Part shown: one piece after another, positions 10,039-19,910 of the stretch
How the letters are laid out: each line of letters starts with the position of its first letter
How positions within the stretch are numbered: the stretch's first letter is position 1
Virus record (IMG/VR): IMGVR_UViG_3300005512_002353
Source: a virus
Lineage: Duplodnaviria; Caudoviricetes
DNA length: 64,000 bases
Direction: 5' to 3' (one strand)
Translations under genes and position numbers: made by a program
The notes under the pieces: generated by a model
The model's database searches: none
What the model was told of the DNA's origin: nothing
Seen by the model: the letters and a program-made list of their open reading frames with translations, nothing else

Positions 10039-11332
10039 CAACAGACCTGCTACCTTGTGTATGGCTCCCTGGACTCATACTTACCTAAGCCCACAGACTG
10101 AGCGTAGGATGTGCTGTGCATCAAGAGAACCTGCACAGAACTTTGAACAGTATATAGATACCAAGGCAGGCACAGGCAAGTATATCCCCCTCACACTAGA
10201 TGAGCATTGGAACAGTGAGCACATGAAGTCAGTGCGTCGACGCATGATGGCGGGCGAAACCCTGCCGGAATGTGACGTGTGTAATAGCAAGTTATTGAAT
10301 ACTGACGTTTACCGAACATATTTTGATCACCTATTCTCCAGTAAATACTATAGTAAGATTTGGGACACAACGGACGAGACAGGTTACACCACAATGAAGC
10401 CTGTTAGTTGGGATTACAGGTTCACCAATTTATGTAATTTCAAATGCCGTATGTGTGGGGATATGTTATCCAGTGCTTGGGAATCAGAACAACGTAAGCA
10501 TGGGATGATAGATTTTAAAAATCCCAAAAATAATTGGATGGTGCCTGCAGTGCGTGATGAAATATCTAAGTTTCAAGACACGCAAATAGAGCAGGAGTTC
10601 GCAGACGCAGTCGAAGACCATAGAGTCGAAGAGATATACTGGGTAGGCGGAGAACCGTTGATGTATGAGCAACACTGGCGATACATGCAACGCATCATTG
10701 AATTAGGAGATGGACCAAATGTTTATGCTCGATACAATACCAACCTCAGCCGTGTTGATTATAGAGGCTGTAATCTTTATACTGATATCCTTAGCAACCT
10801 ACGCGATTGGCAGATATGTGCGTCAATCGACGGAACAGGAGCGATTGGAGAATATATTAGGACGGGTCTCAACTACAATTCTTGGCTTGAGAATCTCGAT
10901 CAGGGAATTGAGAACGCAGTTCATAGAAGACAGATTCGACTGGACTTCACGCTCACACTCCCTGGATTATTCGAAGTTGAAAATATCCAAGAACTTGCGA
11001 GAGAAAAAGGAGTAGACATCCTGGCCAAAGTGGTGTTTGGGTTTACCCCAGACATCATCATGAGCCCACTCGCACTTCCAAGATCCATATTACATCCATG
11101 GCTCGATGAACTAATACCTCGCAGTCAAGGAGCCATGCGTGATATATTACTGCAACTAAAAACAAGACCTACATTTGAAGAACAGTTTCCTGACACATGG
11201 CAACAGGCTCTGATTGACGGTAAGAATCGTATGCTACAGTTAGAGGTCATAAGAAAAGATACATATACCATGCGTGACATATTAAGTAATAGAACAGACG
11301 CATTAGAATGGTGGGATGACATTGGAAGTTAA
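10025..11332 (+). CDS. N-twitch radical SAM protein (#8)
   Basis: CMAPW..MCC..CDVC; CNFKCRMC; VGGEP. Confidence 0.9.
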   Translation: MNEPNNRPATLCMAPWTHTYLSPQTERRMCCASREPAQNFEQYIDTKAGTGKYIPLTLDEHWNSEHMKSVRRRMMAGETLPECDVCNSKLLNTDVYRTYFDHLFSSKYYSKIWDTTDETGYTTMKPVSWDYRFTNLCNFKCRMCGDMLSSAWESEQRKHGMIDFKNPKNNWMVPAVRDEISKFQDTQIEQEFADAVEDHRVEEIYWVGGEPLMYEQHWRYMQRIIELGDGPNVYARYNTNLSRVDYRGCNLYTDILSNLRDWQICASIDGTGAIGEYIRTGLNYNSWLENLDQGIENAVHRRQIRLDFTLTLPGLFEVENIQELAREKGVDILAKVVFGFTPDIIMSPLALPRSILHPWLDELIPRSQGAMRDILLQLKTRPTFEEQFPDTWQQALIDGKNRMLQLEVIRKDTYTMRDILSNRTDALEWWDDIGS

Positions 11333-12419
11333 AGTTACTCTACGTGATCCATTGGATAAACAAGATACTTTAGATTACTATATAGTTTCTAACGACACAC
11401 AGTTAGCCAAGGACTGGATTCAGGCATTAAAAGAAATACTATCAAGTAATTTAACTTTACAAAAAGATTTTTGCTTTTTAGGTTTTCCTAATTCAGCAAG
11501 AACAATAGAATATATTTGTAACGAATTAAATCATGCTGTAAAAACTATTAACAGTTATGACTTTACTCAGCACGGGTTAAATCCTTATATCATTGAAGAA
11601 TATTTTACACCCGATTCGGTAAGATTTAGTGAAGACTTATATCCAGTAGGTCCCACTGGCAACGATGCAGTTGATAGTCCAAATGATCTTGGATTAAGAA
11701 TAAAACATTCTATAATGAATCAACTACACAATCATTTTGAGGTATTAGAAGGCACAGTAGAACACCCAAGCCCATACGGACAGAATGCACCTGCTGATGT
11801 TAGACGAGCAATTGGACAATTGAACTATAACTGTCATGAATTAGAAAGTCTGATACTAAGCCAACGAAAATACAAAGTAACACCAGAGTGGGTTAGGCCA
11901 AGTCAGATAACAACGTTTGAATCTTGTAAACGATATGATTTAACAGATGAACATAGACAAGGGTTTATTGATAATAATTATGATAGACAGTTTGGCCATG
12001 TCTACATGCACTGGACACAGATAGGCAAAACTTTATTTGAAGTGTTCCGTGATGAAGGCGCACCAGACTTAGATGAAGCAACCTGTGAAGCAATAACACA
12101 TCTTAGATATTACTCTGGCGAATTTGATGTGGAATGGGCAAAGTCTGTTACCAAAGACAGTAATTATAGTTGGCACAACGATGAGCAGTTGCGTTTTGAA
12201 AATTGGTTATTGAAACATGGATTGGATCCTCGAGACCCTAAACTTAGTTTAGGCTATCTACACTTGGGTAAAGTAGACCTATTACGTAGTTTTGGCACAG
12301 AGGATATGTTTGAAGTTTGGAATCAGGTAGGATCACACTTAGATATATACAGTATCGAAGTTGATGGTATTAAACAAGTATTTGATTATTGTTGGAGTGA
12401 TAAAAATGAAATGGATTAA
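11316..12419 (+). CDS. hypothetical protein (367 aa, His-containing helices)
   Basis: Long ORF overlapping both neighbours; NQLHNHFE and NYNCHELE motifs; no family recognised. Confidence 0.75.
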   Translation: MTLEVKVTLRDPLDKQDTLDYYIVSNDTQLAKDWIQALKEILSSNLTLQKDFCFLGFPNSARTIEYICNELNHAVKTINSYDFTQHGLNPYIIEEYFTPDSVRFSEDLYPVGPTGNDAVDSPNDLGLRIKHSIMNQLHNHFEVLEGTVEHPSPYGQNAPADVRRAIGQLNYNCHELESLILSQRKYKVTPEWVRPSQITTFESCKRYDLTDEHRQGFIDNNYDRQFGHVYMHWTQIGKTLFEVFRDEGAPDLDEATCEAITHLRYYSGEFDVEWAKSVTKDSNYSWHNDEQLRFENWLLKHGLDPRDPKLSLGYLHLGKVDLLRSFGTEDMFEVWNQVGSHLDIYSIEVDGIKQVFDYCWSDKNEMD

Positions 12420-12507
12420 AAATTTAATTAATAAGATTAAATTAGAGATACGGTATCGAAAAAAATTAAAAGAACTCAAAAAGCGTGATCCGTTTATATA
12501 TAAATGA
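12406..12507 (+). CDS. small basic protein (33 aa) MKWIKNLINKIKLEIRYRKKLKELKKRDPFIYK
   Basis: Not in ORF track; fills the gap exactly, with ATGA overlap to the next gene. Confidence 0.7.
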   Translation: MKWIKNLINKIKLEIRYRKKLKELKKRDPFIYK

Positions 12508-12686
12508 GTAACAATATAGAAAGTCCTTGTATAGGAGTTTGCTCAGTAAATCCCAACACAGGGTATTGTCATGGGTGTTCACGGACACAAGAAGAAATGG
12601 ACAGTTGGTCGACAATGTCTGATAAAGAAAAAATAAAATTAATTAACGAATTAGAAAAAAGACAAGATGAGTTATTTGGGGATTAG
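12504..12686 (+). CDS. DUF1289-family small Cys-rich (putative Fe-S) protein
   Basis: SPCIGVC...CHGCSRT..E...W pattern. Confidence 0.8.
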   Translation: MSNNIESPCIGVCSVNPNTGYCHGCSRTQEEMDSWSTMSDKEKIKLINELEKRQDELFGD

Positions 12687-14160
12687 TGCAGGCTTCCATG
12701 ACGCTAGTATAAGTGTTGTAGACTACGACGGTTCGATTAAATTTGCTGGACATGCAGAACGTTATTCAAAACAAAAGAATGATCGTAGCCTAAACACTGA
12801 TATATTTTATGATGCCTACAACTACACGAATAAGATTACTCATATTGCCTACTACGAAAAACCTCTACTAAAACAGTTACGTAATTGGCGTTCAGGTATG
12901 AAGTTTGATTGGCGCCGTGTAACAACAATGCAGGCCATTGATCGAGAAATTCCTCCACGTGCTAGAAGACTAATAGGCACAGGCATACCTTTTTCAAGTT
13001 ATCATCATCACAAAAGTCATGCGGCCGCTGGCTTTCAAACATCACCATATGATGATGCTACAGTTGTAGTCGTTGATGCTATAGGTGAGTTTGATACTAT
13101 ATCAATTTGGTCAGCACACTATGACCGCAAAGGCTGTGCCCAATATACGAAACTATGGAGTCAAAAATATCCACACTCGGTAGGATTGTTTTATTCAGCA
13201 ATGACTCAACGTGCAGGACTTAAACCAAATGAGGATGAATATATCTTAATGGGCATGGCCGCATACGCAAGACCAGACTACAACATGTATGCTGAATTTC
13301 TTAGAGATAGAGACGACATAGAATTCTACGATAATCTACACGTGGGCTGTGAAGACTACAGACCAGAAATGACAGAGTTTCAAATTGCGGCTTCGGCTCA
13401 ATACACCGTAGAACAATGTGTTTATAGGATAATGGAGAAAGCACGTAAACTTGGACAGAGTAAAAATTTAGTTTACATGGGGGGAGTTGCCCTCAACTGC
13501 TCAGCAAACGAGCAACTAGGTAACTATTTTGAAAATATCTGGATCATGCCCAATCCAGGTGATGCAGGTTCAAGTCTAGGAGCCGCGGCGTTAGCATACG
13601 GTAAACAAGTAGAATGGTCACATCCATACTTAGGCACTAACATAGAAGGATCATATCCTGTTAATCAGCTACTAGATGAATTGCTTGGTAATAAGATAGT
13701 TGGAGTGGCCAGTGGACGTGCAGAGTTTGGACCTAGAGCCTTAGGCAATAGATCATTACTAGCAGATCCTAGAGGGCCTGAGATAAAGGACAAAGTAAAC
13801 GAAATCAAACGTAGGCAGAAGTTCCGTCCATTTGCTCCTGTAATAATGGAGGAGTATGTTGATCAATATTTTATGATGCCAAAAGGATTTCCAACATCAC
13901 CATATATGCAGACTACTGCTACTTGTAAGAAACCAAGTGAATTTCCTGCAGTCATACATCAAGATGGGACCAGCCGTGTGCAGACTGTGAGTAAGGATTG
14001 TGGTAGCGGCATTAGACAACTATTAGAAAAATGGTTTGTGTTAACAGGCTGTCCTATGTTATTAAATACTAGCCTTAATATCAAAGGTGAGCCGATGGTT
14101 AATGATAGAGTAGATGCTGATCGTTTTGAAAAATATTATGGCGTTAAAGTAATATCATGA
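12667..14160 (+). CDS. carbamoyltransferase (NodU/CmcH/TobZ family)
   Basis: GFHDAS, ERYSK.K, HHKSHAA, DAIGE, GGVALN, GDAGSSLGAA, EFGPRALGNRS, FRPFAP, DGTSRVQT, LLNTSLN. Confidence 0.95.
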   Translation: MSYLGISAGFHDASISVVDYDGSIKFAGHAERYSKQKNDRSLNTDIFYDAYNYTNKITHIAYYEKPLLKQLRNWRSGMKFDWRRVTTMQAIDREIPPRARRLIGTGIPFSSYHHHKSHAAAGFQTSPYDDATVVVVDAIGEFDTISIWSAHYDRKGCAQYTKLWSQKYPHSVGLFYSAMTQRAGLKPNEDEYILMGMAAYARPDYNMYAEFLRDRDDIEFYDNLHVGCEDYRPEMTEFQIAASAQYTVEQCVYRIMEKARKLGQSKNLVYMGGVALNCSANEQLGNYFENIWIMPNPGDAGSSLGAAALAYGKQVEWSHPYLGTNIEGSYPVNQLLDELLGNKIVGVASGRAEFGPRALGNRSLLADPRGPEIKDKVNEIKRRQKFRPFAPVIMEEYVDQYFMMPKGFPTSPYMQTTATCKKPSEFPAVIHQDGTSRVQTVSKDCGSGIRQLLEKWFVLTGCPMLLNTSLNIKGEPMVNDRVDADRFEKYYGVKVIS

Positions 14161-14834
14161 AAAATATAGTCATCGCCGGCGATAGTTATTGTGCTAGTAT
14201 AGGTTGGCCAGAACTTCTCGCAGATAAGCTCGGACTAAATTTATCTAAACACGGATTTGGGGGTGCCAGTTGGTGGATCACGAGACTATCCCTCATGGAT
14301 CTTCCAAATGAGACAGTCGACAATACCAACGTGTTAGTTTTGTGCCATACCAGTGCAGAACGCATTCCGGTGACTGACCCAGAAATATTACAAACAGATT
14401 GGCAAAACATAGATCCTAATAATCCCAAACAACTGGCAGTAAAATTATATTGGTCTGAATTGTTTAGTCCAGAATTTAGCCAGTTCTTCTACTGGGCGAG
14501 AGACCTTTGGATCAAAGAAATATCTGAAAAATTTAAACACTGCAAGATCATACATCTGCATTGTTTTCCGTGGTCATTGGGTTCAACTGAAGATGTTAAT
14601 GGTTTAACGGTGACTCCAAATCTTACATCAATATCATTAAATGAGATAAATGCCAAAAAAGAAATTGACCATGTGATATGCGATAGACCTAATCACCTTA
14701 ACGAGCATAATAATCAAGCATTAGCTGATGAGATAGAACGGCTCATTAAAAATTATCACGATGGCACTGCTGAACTAGATCTATCAAAGTTTGATTTAAA
14801 AACCAACAAGTGGGATAGGTGGGGACTTGACTAA
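14157..14834 (+). CDS. SGNH/GDSL hydrolase-like protein
   Basis: N-terminal AGDSY block; C-terminal PNHLN. Confidence 0.6.
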   Translation: MKNIVIAGDSYCASIGWPELLADKLGLNLSKHGFGGASWWITRLSLMDLPNETVDNTNVLVLCHTSAERIPVTDPEILQTDWQNIDPNNPKQLAVKLYWSELFSPEFSQFFYWARDLWIKEISEKFKHCKIIHLHCFPWSLGSTEDVNGLTVTPNLTSISLNEINAKKEIDHVICDRPNHLNEHNNQALADEIERLIKNYHDGTAELDLSKFDLKTNKWDRWGLD

Positions 14835-14843
14835 GGTGGCATC

Positions 14844-15479
14844 ATGAAACTCATAGCGTCTGGCTGTTCAGTCACACATGGTGCAGAGTTAGAGCACCCA
14901 TTCATGAGCCAAGAGAATGCTCAACAGAGTTATCCGGCACTGCTGGCTAAGAAGTTAAATCTTGAATGTGTTAATGTGGCTCTCAGTGGTGCCAGTAATG
15001 ATCACATATTTCATTTAGCAGTTGAAGAACTTGAAAAACACAACGATATATCAGTGCTATTGGTTTGTTGGACACACTCGCCTAGACTCACATGGCGTGC
15101 TTTTGATAGGACATATATCATACACCCTACATTCGCTACAGCACTAAAAGATGTTTATCAAGACCCAAGGCATAGGAAAGACGTTGGCAGAATCCATATT
15201 TCCAGTGATGCTAACATTCTGAATGAGCTCGAACAGGGAGTTAAGTTTGCGGTTACCCACATGATTGATTGTGATGAACTAGATCGTAAGCGTGATAATC
15301 ATAGCCTTGCTCTAAGAGCGATATGTGAGCAAAGACAAATACAATTCATTGAATTAGATGTTATGGATTTTAAAAATGTTGGAAAGTATGACGAAGAGGA
15401 AAGACATCCTAATCATGTCGAACATGCTTTAATAGCAGATCATTTAATGTCCACTTATTTTCTCAATGGCCTTAATTAG
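14844..15479 (+). CDS. SGNH/GDSL hydrolase-like protein
   Basis: SGCSVTHG, NVALSGASN, RHPN. Confidence 0.6.
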   Translation: MKLIASGCSVTHGAELEHPFMSQENAQQSYPALLAKKLNLECVNVALSGASNDHIFHLAVEELEKHNDISVLLVCWTHSPRLTWRAFDRTYIIHPTFATALKDVYQDPRHRKDVGRIHISSDANILNELEQGVKFAVTHMIDCDELDRKRDNHSLALRAICEQRQIQFIELDVMDFKNVGKYDEEERHPNHVEHALIADHLMSTYFLNGLN

Positions 15480-16616
15480 TTCTTCTCGTTTATTTCTTTT
15501 AAACCAAGCCTGATTGTGTAAAATGATCGAAGTCATTTCTATATGCTGTTTATGTAGATCTTCTAAACTTGTGTCTGCTATTCGTTTAACGGTATCCCAA
15601 ATAGCTAGCCAACGAAAACGAATATCCTGTTCCTGATCATAACTTTCATCTATCCAGGGACTAAATGTTTTATATCCTTGTTCTTGGAGGTATTGTAAAC
15701 TATTTGTTGTGCCCAGTATAACAAAGGGTTGGCCATATTTGATTGGCTTAAATGTTTTTTCCGTAAGGAACACGCCGCCGGTAGCATCAAGATAAGTTTC
15801 CATAACTACGTTCCAGTAACTATCAGTGAACAAATAATCCACACTCAGAGAATGATCATTGTGGTTGTCTGTGTTAAGGTTATCTGCACTCAGAGGTAGC
15901 ACAGATTCAAACTTAGGTTGAACGAAATCCATGTTTCTTTTATATCCCAGACACCATAAAAATTTACCATTGGTAACATTATAATCTTCTCTAGTGTCCT
16001 TATTAATAACATTACCATAACTCACATAAGCATCTTTTGTTAAATCGTTGCGCCATAGATTGTAAACAAATTCTTTCCTATACTGTTTGTGAACTCTATT
16101 TAAACAAGTGTATTTTTTAGTCTTGCGTTCAAATATACTTGGTTCGGGTATAACCGTGTTTTGTATTTCAAACAAGTATTCGCTTTCGCAGACATAGGCC
16201 ATGCCATCTATTTCATTAGCTTTGGTGTTACCACTGACGAAAAATATTGATTCTCTGTCTATATCGTGTGCTTCACATAGGTCACGTAGTCTCTCGTCTA
16301 TGGCGAAAGGATCGTCGGGTTCACCATAGGTAAACAATAAACGTAATTGTTTGTGTCGAATTTTGTCAAGCACCCTGGGATTCAAGTAAGTAAAGTAGTC
16401 ACAGTTGAAATCAAAGAAGTATAAGTTGACGTTATACCAAGCTGAATGATCAGCATCCTCGATATCAACTATGTCATAATTGATACCGTGATTATCTAAG
16501 AACTTGTGTAGAGTCATGGGCATCACATAGGGAGCACCATATGCTTGACTTTCGTGTTCTTTTAAGTTAAAATAATTATTATTTTCTATACAAAATTTAA
16601 TGTTTGACATATTCAT
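15444..16616 (-). CDS. putative glycosyltransferase (GT10/fucosyltransferase-like C-terminus)
   Basis: CLNR..K.YR, VVMET..FLTEKTFKPI..GQPFVILG resembles the GT10 TEK motif; start probably 16616 or 16610. Confidence 0.5.
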   Translation of the reverse strand: MNMSNIKFCIENNNYFNLKEHESQAYGAPYVMPMTLHKFLDNHGINYDIVDIEDADHSAWYNVNLYFFDFNCDYFTYLNPRVLDKIRHKQLRLLFTYGEPDDPFAIDERLRDLCEAHDIDRESIFFVSGNTKANEIDGMAYVCESEYLFEIQNTVIPEPSIFERKTKKYTCLNRVHKQYRKEFVYNLWRNDLTKDAYVSYGNVINKDTREDYNVTNGKFLWCLGYKRNMDFVQPKFESVLPLSADNLNTDNHNDHSLSVDYLFTDSYWNVVMETYLDATGGVFLTEKTFKPIKYGQPFVILGTTNSLQYLQEQGYKTFSPWIDESYDQEQDIRFRWLAIWDTVKRIADTSLEDLHKQHIEMTSIILHNQAWFKRNKREELIKAIEKISGH

Positions 16617-17916
16617 AATGGACATGGGTGGCCATAACGGTAACCTACAGTATTTAATAAAACGCTTTCCGCATGCCAAGGTTTTGCGTTGGACTACGCA
16701 TCTTAATTGTATGCGTAAGGCCGCAAAACAATCAAGGACTAGATCATTTTGGTTAATTGCTAGTTGCTGTGTCTATGATGATTTTGATTTCTTGTGGGAG
16801 CCAGTTCCATGGGAACAATATCAAATACACTGTTGGGCCAGTAAAGATCAAAAACTAGGTGATACATTCTTAGTGCCTACTAGTAAGTTTTTGGAACAAG
16901 ATCCAGAACGCATAGACCTATATCAGGATGTAAATTGGCACGCGGATGGTGTTATTAGAGTGGATCCAGAAGTCGTAAGATACGACGGAGATGACATAAT
17001 AGAGGCATCTAAGACGCACATAAACACGCCTTACGCCGTAGTTTGTAAACATTGGACACACGATTACCAAGAACCTCAATTATGGCAAGATCCTTGCATA
17101 GTTAACTTAAATGCTAGTAAATCAGCATCAATAGTGCCTAGGACTGCTACTAGTTATATAGATCAACAGATGTATGACTATCCACATCTATCATCAGACA
17201 TTATATTACCTGATGAACCTTTGGATGTGGTGTTTATTGAAAATGGTGAGGTGAATGCAGAAGAAAACTTTGAACATTTACAGCAATTATTACAAGAAAA
17301 ACCCAATAATTTGCACCGTGTAAGCAACGTAAAGGGTCGTGTCGCCGCTTATCAGGCCGCGGCTAAGGTCAGTAGCACCCCGTGGTTCTTTTCAGTGTTT
17401 GCTAAGTTAAAAATAGATGAGAATTTTGATTTTTCATGGCAACCAGATTACTGGCAAGGACCAAAACATTACATATTCCATGCCCGTAATCCCATAAATG
17501 ATCTAGAATATGGACACATGGCCATGATAGCATACAATAAGAATTTGGTATTGTTAAACACTGCTCGAGGATTAGACTTTACCCTTGATCAAGCACACGA
17601 AGTGGTGCCAATATTGAGTGGTGTTGCTAACTATGCAGATGATCCACAAATGGCTTGGCGTAGTGCTTTCCGTGAAGTGTTAAAACTTAAATGGATGTTG
17701 GAACAACGTGCTGACGTTGAAGCAGAATATAGACTCAAGATGTGGCTAATGAAAGGTGAGGGTGAAAAGGGTCAGTGGTCAATGCAAGGTGCTGTTGATG
17801 CTGTTGAGTATTATGAAGAAACCAACGGTGACTTTGATAAGTTGAAACTGAGTTATGACTGGGCGTGGCTTAATGATTACTACAACGACCGGTATGTAGT
17901 ATCACATAGTCACTGA
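16600..17916 (+). CDS. two-domain glycosyltransferase-like protein
   Basis: Internally repeated halves (DFDFLWEP / NFDFSWQP); C-terminal half paralogous to 286..1194. Confidence 0.55.
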   Translation: MFDIFIMDMGGHNGNLQYLIKRFPHAKVLRWTTHLNCMRKAAKQSRTRSFWLIASCCVYDDFDFLWEPVPWEQYQIHCWASKDQKLGDTFLVPTSKFLEQDPERIDLYQDVNWHADGVIRVDPEVVRYDGDDIIEASKTHINTPYAVVCKHWTHDYQEPQLWQDPCIVNLNASKSASIVPRTATSYIDQQMYDYPHLSSDIILPDEPLDVVFIENGEVNAEENFEHLQQLLQEKPNNLHRVSNVKGRVAAYQAAAKVSSTPWFFSVFAKLKIDENFDFSWQPDYWQGPKHYIFHARNPINDLEYGHMAMIAYNKNLVLLNTARGLDFTLDQAHEVVPILSGVANYADDPQMAWRSAFREVLKLKWMLEQRADVEAEYRLKMWLMKGEGEKGQWSMQGAVDAVEYYEETNGDFDKLKLSYDWAWLNDYYNDRYVVSHSH

Positions 17917-18976
17917 TATATTCAACTTCTGTGTCAGTCAGTTCAGGATAGAAAGGTAAACTCAGAACTCTCCTACTTAGGCTACTGGCCACACTGAGCA
18001 ATCCAGGATTCTCATAGTGTTGATATGGTTCCATTTCGTGTAGAGCTCTCTCATAATGTATCTTACATTCAATGCCGTCGTTGTATAGTTTTTCTTTTAC
18101 GGTGTTCCTGCCGTTGATGTCGATCACAAACTTTTGGAATGCGTGATAATTAAAATACTCTTTCCTGATCACTGGACGTATTTCTTCTACGTGTTCAAAT
18201 GTGTCCATCCACCAAGCGGCGATCTTACGCCTGCGATCCTGCCATTCGTCAATGTATTTTAGTTTGACCAACAGTTGGGCGGCATCTGCTTCACTCATGC
18301 GTGAGTTTGTTCCAACTATGGCCCAATCAGGTTTACCGTTGTCTCTATACTTGCGGAACCAATTGGCGGCGTCTGGGTCATGAGTAACAATAGCACCACC
18401 ATTGCCATAGTTGCCTAGATTCTTCATTGGATCAAATGATATCGCTTTCATGACAGGGTTGCTACCGAATGGTTCACTTAGCCAATGCTGGGCGGCATCC
18501 TCTACCAGTATCTTCCAATGTGTCTTGCTACCATTGTCCTTGAACAGTTCTTCCCACACAGGTGAACCATACAGCCCAACGGTGCAGATAGCATGATAAC
18601 TGTCGTAGTCGGGCAGTTTCTCCATGTCCATAACACCATAACTGTCAGTGTCAACTATGATGGGTTCCCATCCTGCCTTGACCCAACTGTTGATGGTCGC
18701 AGGATATGTCATCGCAGGCAAACAAACACGTGGAGTCACATCCTCGCCAATACCAAAACTATATCTATGATACTCAGCGATCATCTGCAGGGCCTGTGTG
18801 CCTGAGTGGACGCATATGACGTGTTCCATGCCTATGCGTTTGGCCACTTGTTCTTCCAATGCTTGAGTGTAGGGACCGTTCATGTGTATGCCTGAACGAT
18901 ATACCATGTCGGTGGCGTCCAGGATCTCATCTCTGATTGAGTCGTATTGTTTTCTAAGATTTATAAACGGTATCAT
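17870..18976 (-). CDS. DegT/DnrJ/EryC1/StrS PLP-dependent sugar aminotransferase
   Basis: MIPFINL, SGTQAL, EDAAQ, SFDPMKNLGNYGNGG, LSLPFYP. Confidence 0.93.
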   Translation of the reverse strand: MIPFINLRKQYDSIRDEILDATDMVYRSGIHMNGPYTQALEEQVAKRIGMEHVICVHSGTQALQMIAEYHRYSFGIGEDVTPRVCLPAMTYPATINSWVKAGWEPIIVDTDSYGVMDMEKLPDYDSYHAICTVGLYGSPVWEELFKDNGSKTHWKILVEDAAQHWLSEPFGSNPVMKAISFDPMKNLGNYGNGGAIVTHDPDAANWFRKYRDNGKPDWAIVGTNSRMSEADAAQLLVKLKYIDEWQDRRRKIAAWWMDTFEHVEEIRPVIRKEYFNYHAFQKFVIDINGRNTVKEKLYNDGIECKIHYERALHEMEPYQHYENPGLLSVASSLSRRVLSLPFYPELTDTEVEYISDYVILHTGRCSNH

Positions 18977-19910
18977 ATACTGACTTCATCCATTCAACAT
19001 ACAGTTGACATCCTTCTGCAAAGTCCACTCCGGGATTGTAATCTAGATCGTTACGAGCTCTAGCAATATCTAACCTGCCTCGACTAGGAAAGTTCTCATC
19101 TCTGTCCACTAGCTCTATATCCCCCTTGCCCAATAGTTCAACTACCTGTTCAGCGGCAAATTTAAGTGTTACGGGACTGTCCTGGCAACGTGTGATGTTA
19201 TAGATATCATGTTTACAAGTTTTGGTAGCGGCCAATGCTATTCCCTGTGCCGTGTCTGTGACGAAGGTAAAGTCCAATATCTCATTGGCACCTCTAACTT
19301 CTATGGTCTTACCTCTGAGTGCGTTTAGAACAAACTTTGACAATACTCTGTCCTCAACATCACGAGGACCATATACAGCACTGGGACGTATGATGGTATA
19401 ATCAAAATACTTCTTGTAGTCTTCTACAAATTTCTCGCCCATGTATTTCATTATAGCATACTGTCCTCTTGGTTGGCATTCCTGTGTTTCAGGAACACGA
19501 TCCTTGAAGTCACCATAGACCATGCTTGATGAGATGTAGACAAACTTGTCAGCGATACCCTTACTTGCTTCTAGTAGGTTAATTAATCCTGTAGACATAA
19601 CTTCACTTGCTATGCTAGGATTTTCCTGAACCACTTTCTGTCTAGGAAAACTTGCTAGGTGTATGACTACCTCTGGTTGGAAGTCCATTAAACATTTTTG
19701 GACAGTTGAACGATCTCTAATATCTATTCTTCTGGTAGGAACTTGGTTGCGTAGATCACCCTGGCGCATTTGGAACAACTTCATCATTTGGTCCAATGGT
19801 ATGAAGTCATAGTTAGTCATGGAGTCAATGACCATGATGTCATGTCCCTGTAGTTGTCGAACAACCTCGTGTCCGATAAAACCTAATCCACCGCTAACCA
19901 GTATTCGCAT
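18954..19910 (-). CDS. NAD-dependent nucleotide-sugar epimerase/dehydratase
   Basis: GGLGFIG, HLAS, SSSMVYG, YAIMK (YxxxK), RPSAVYGP. Confidence 0.93.
   Translation of the reverse strand: MRILVSGGLGFIGHEVVRQLQGHDIMVIDSMTNYDFIPLDQMMKLFQMRQGDLRNQVPTRRIDIRDRSTVQKCLMDFQPEVVIHLASFPRQKVVQENPSIASEVMSTGLINLLEASKGIADKFVYISSSMVYGDFKDRVPETQECQPRGQYAIMKYMGEKFVEDYKKYFDYTIIRPSAVYGPRDVEDRVLSKFVLNALRGKTIEVRGANEILDFTFVTDTAQGIALAATKTCKHDIYNITRCQDSPVTLKFAAEQVVELLGKGDIELVDRDENFPSRGRLDIARARNDLDYNPGVDFAEGCQLYVEWMKSVYDTVYKS

Noticed and set aside
1191-11332. Calling the array PqqE/MftC/anSME or a classic RiPP cluster
   Set aside because: The auxiliary cluster is N-terminal, and no RRE domain, transporter or typical leader-core precursor is evident
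12667-19910. Bacterial chromosomal O-antigen/capsule locus
   Set aside because: No flippase, polymerase or export genes; the context is phage replication genes and phage-type hypotheticals
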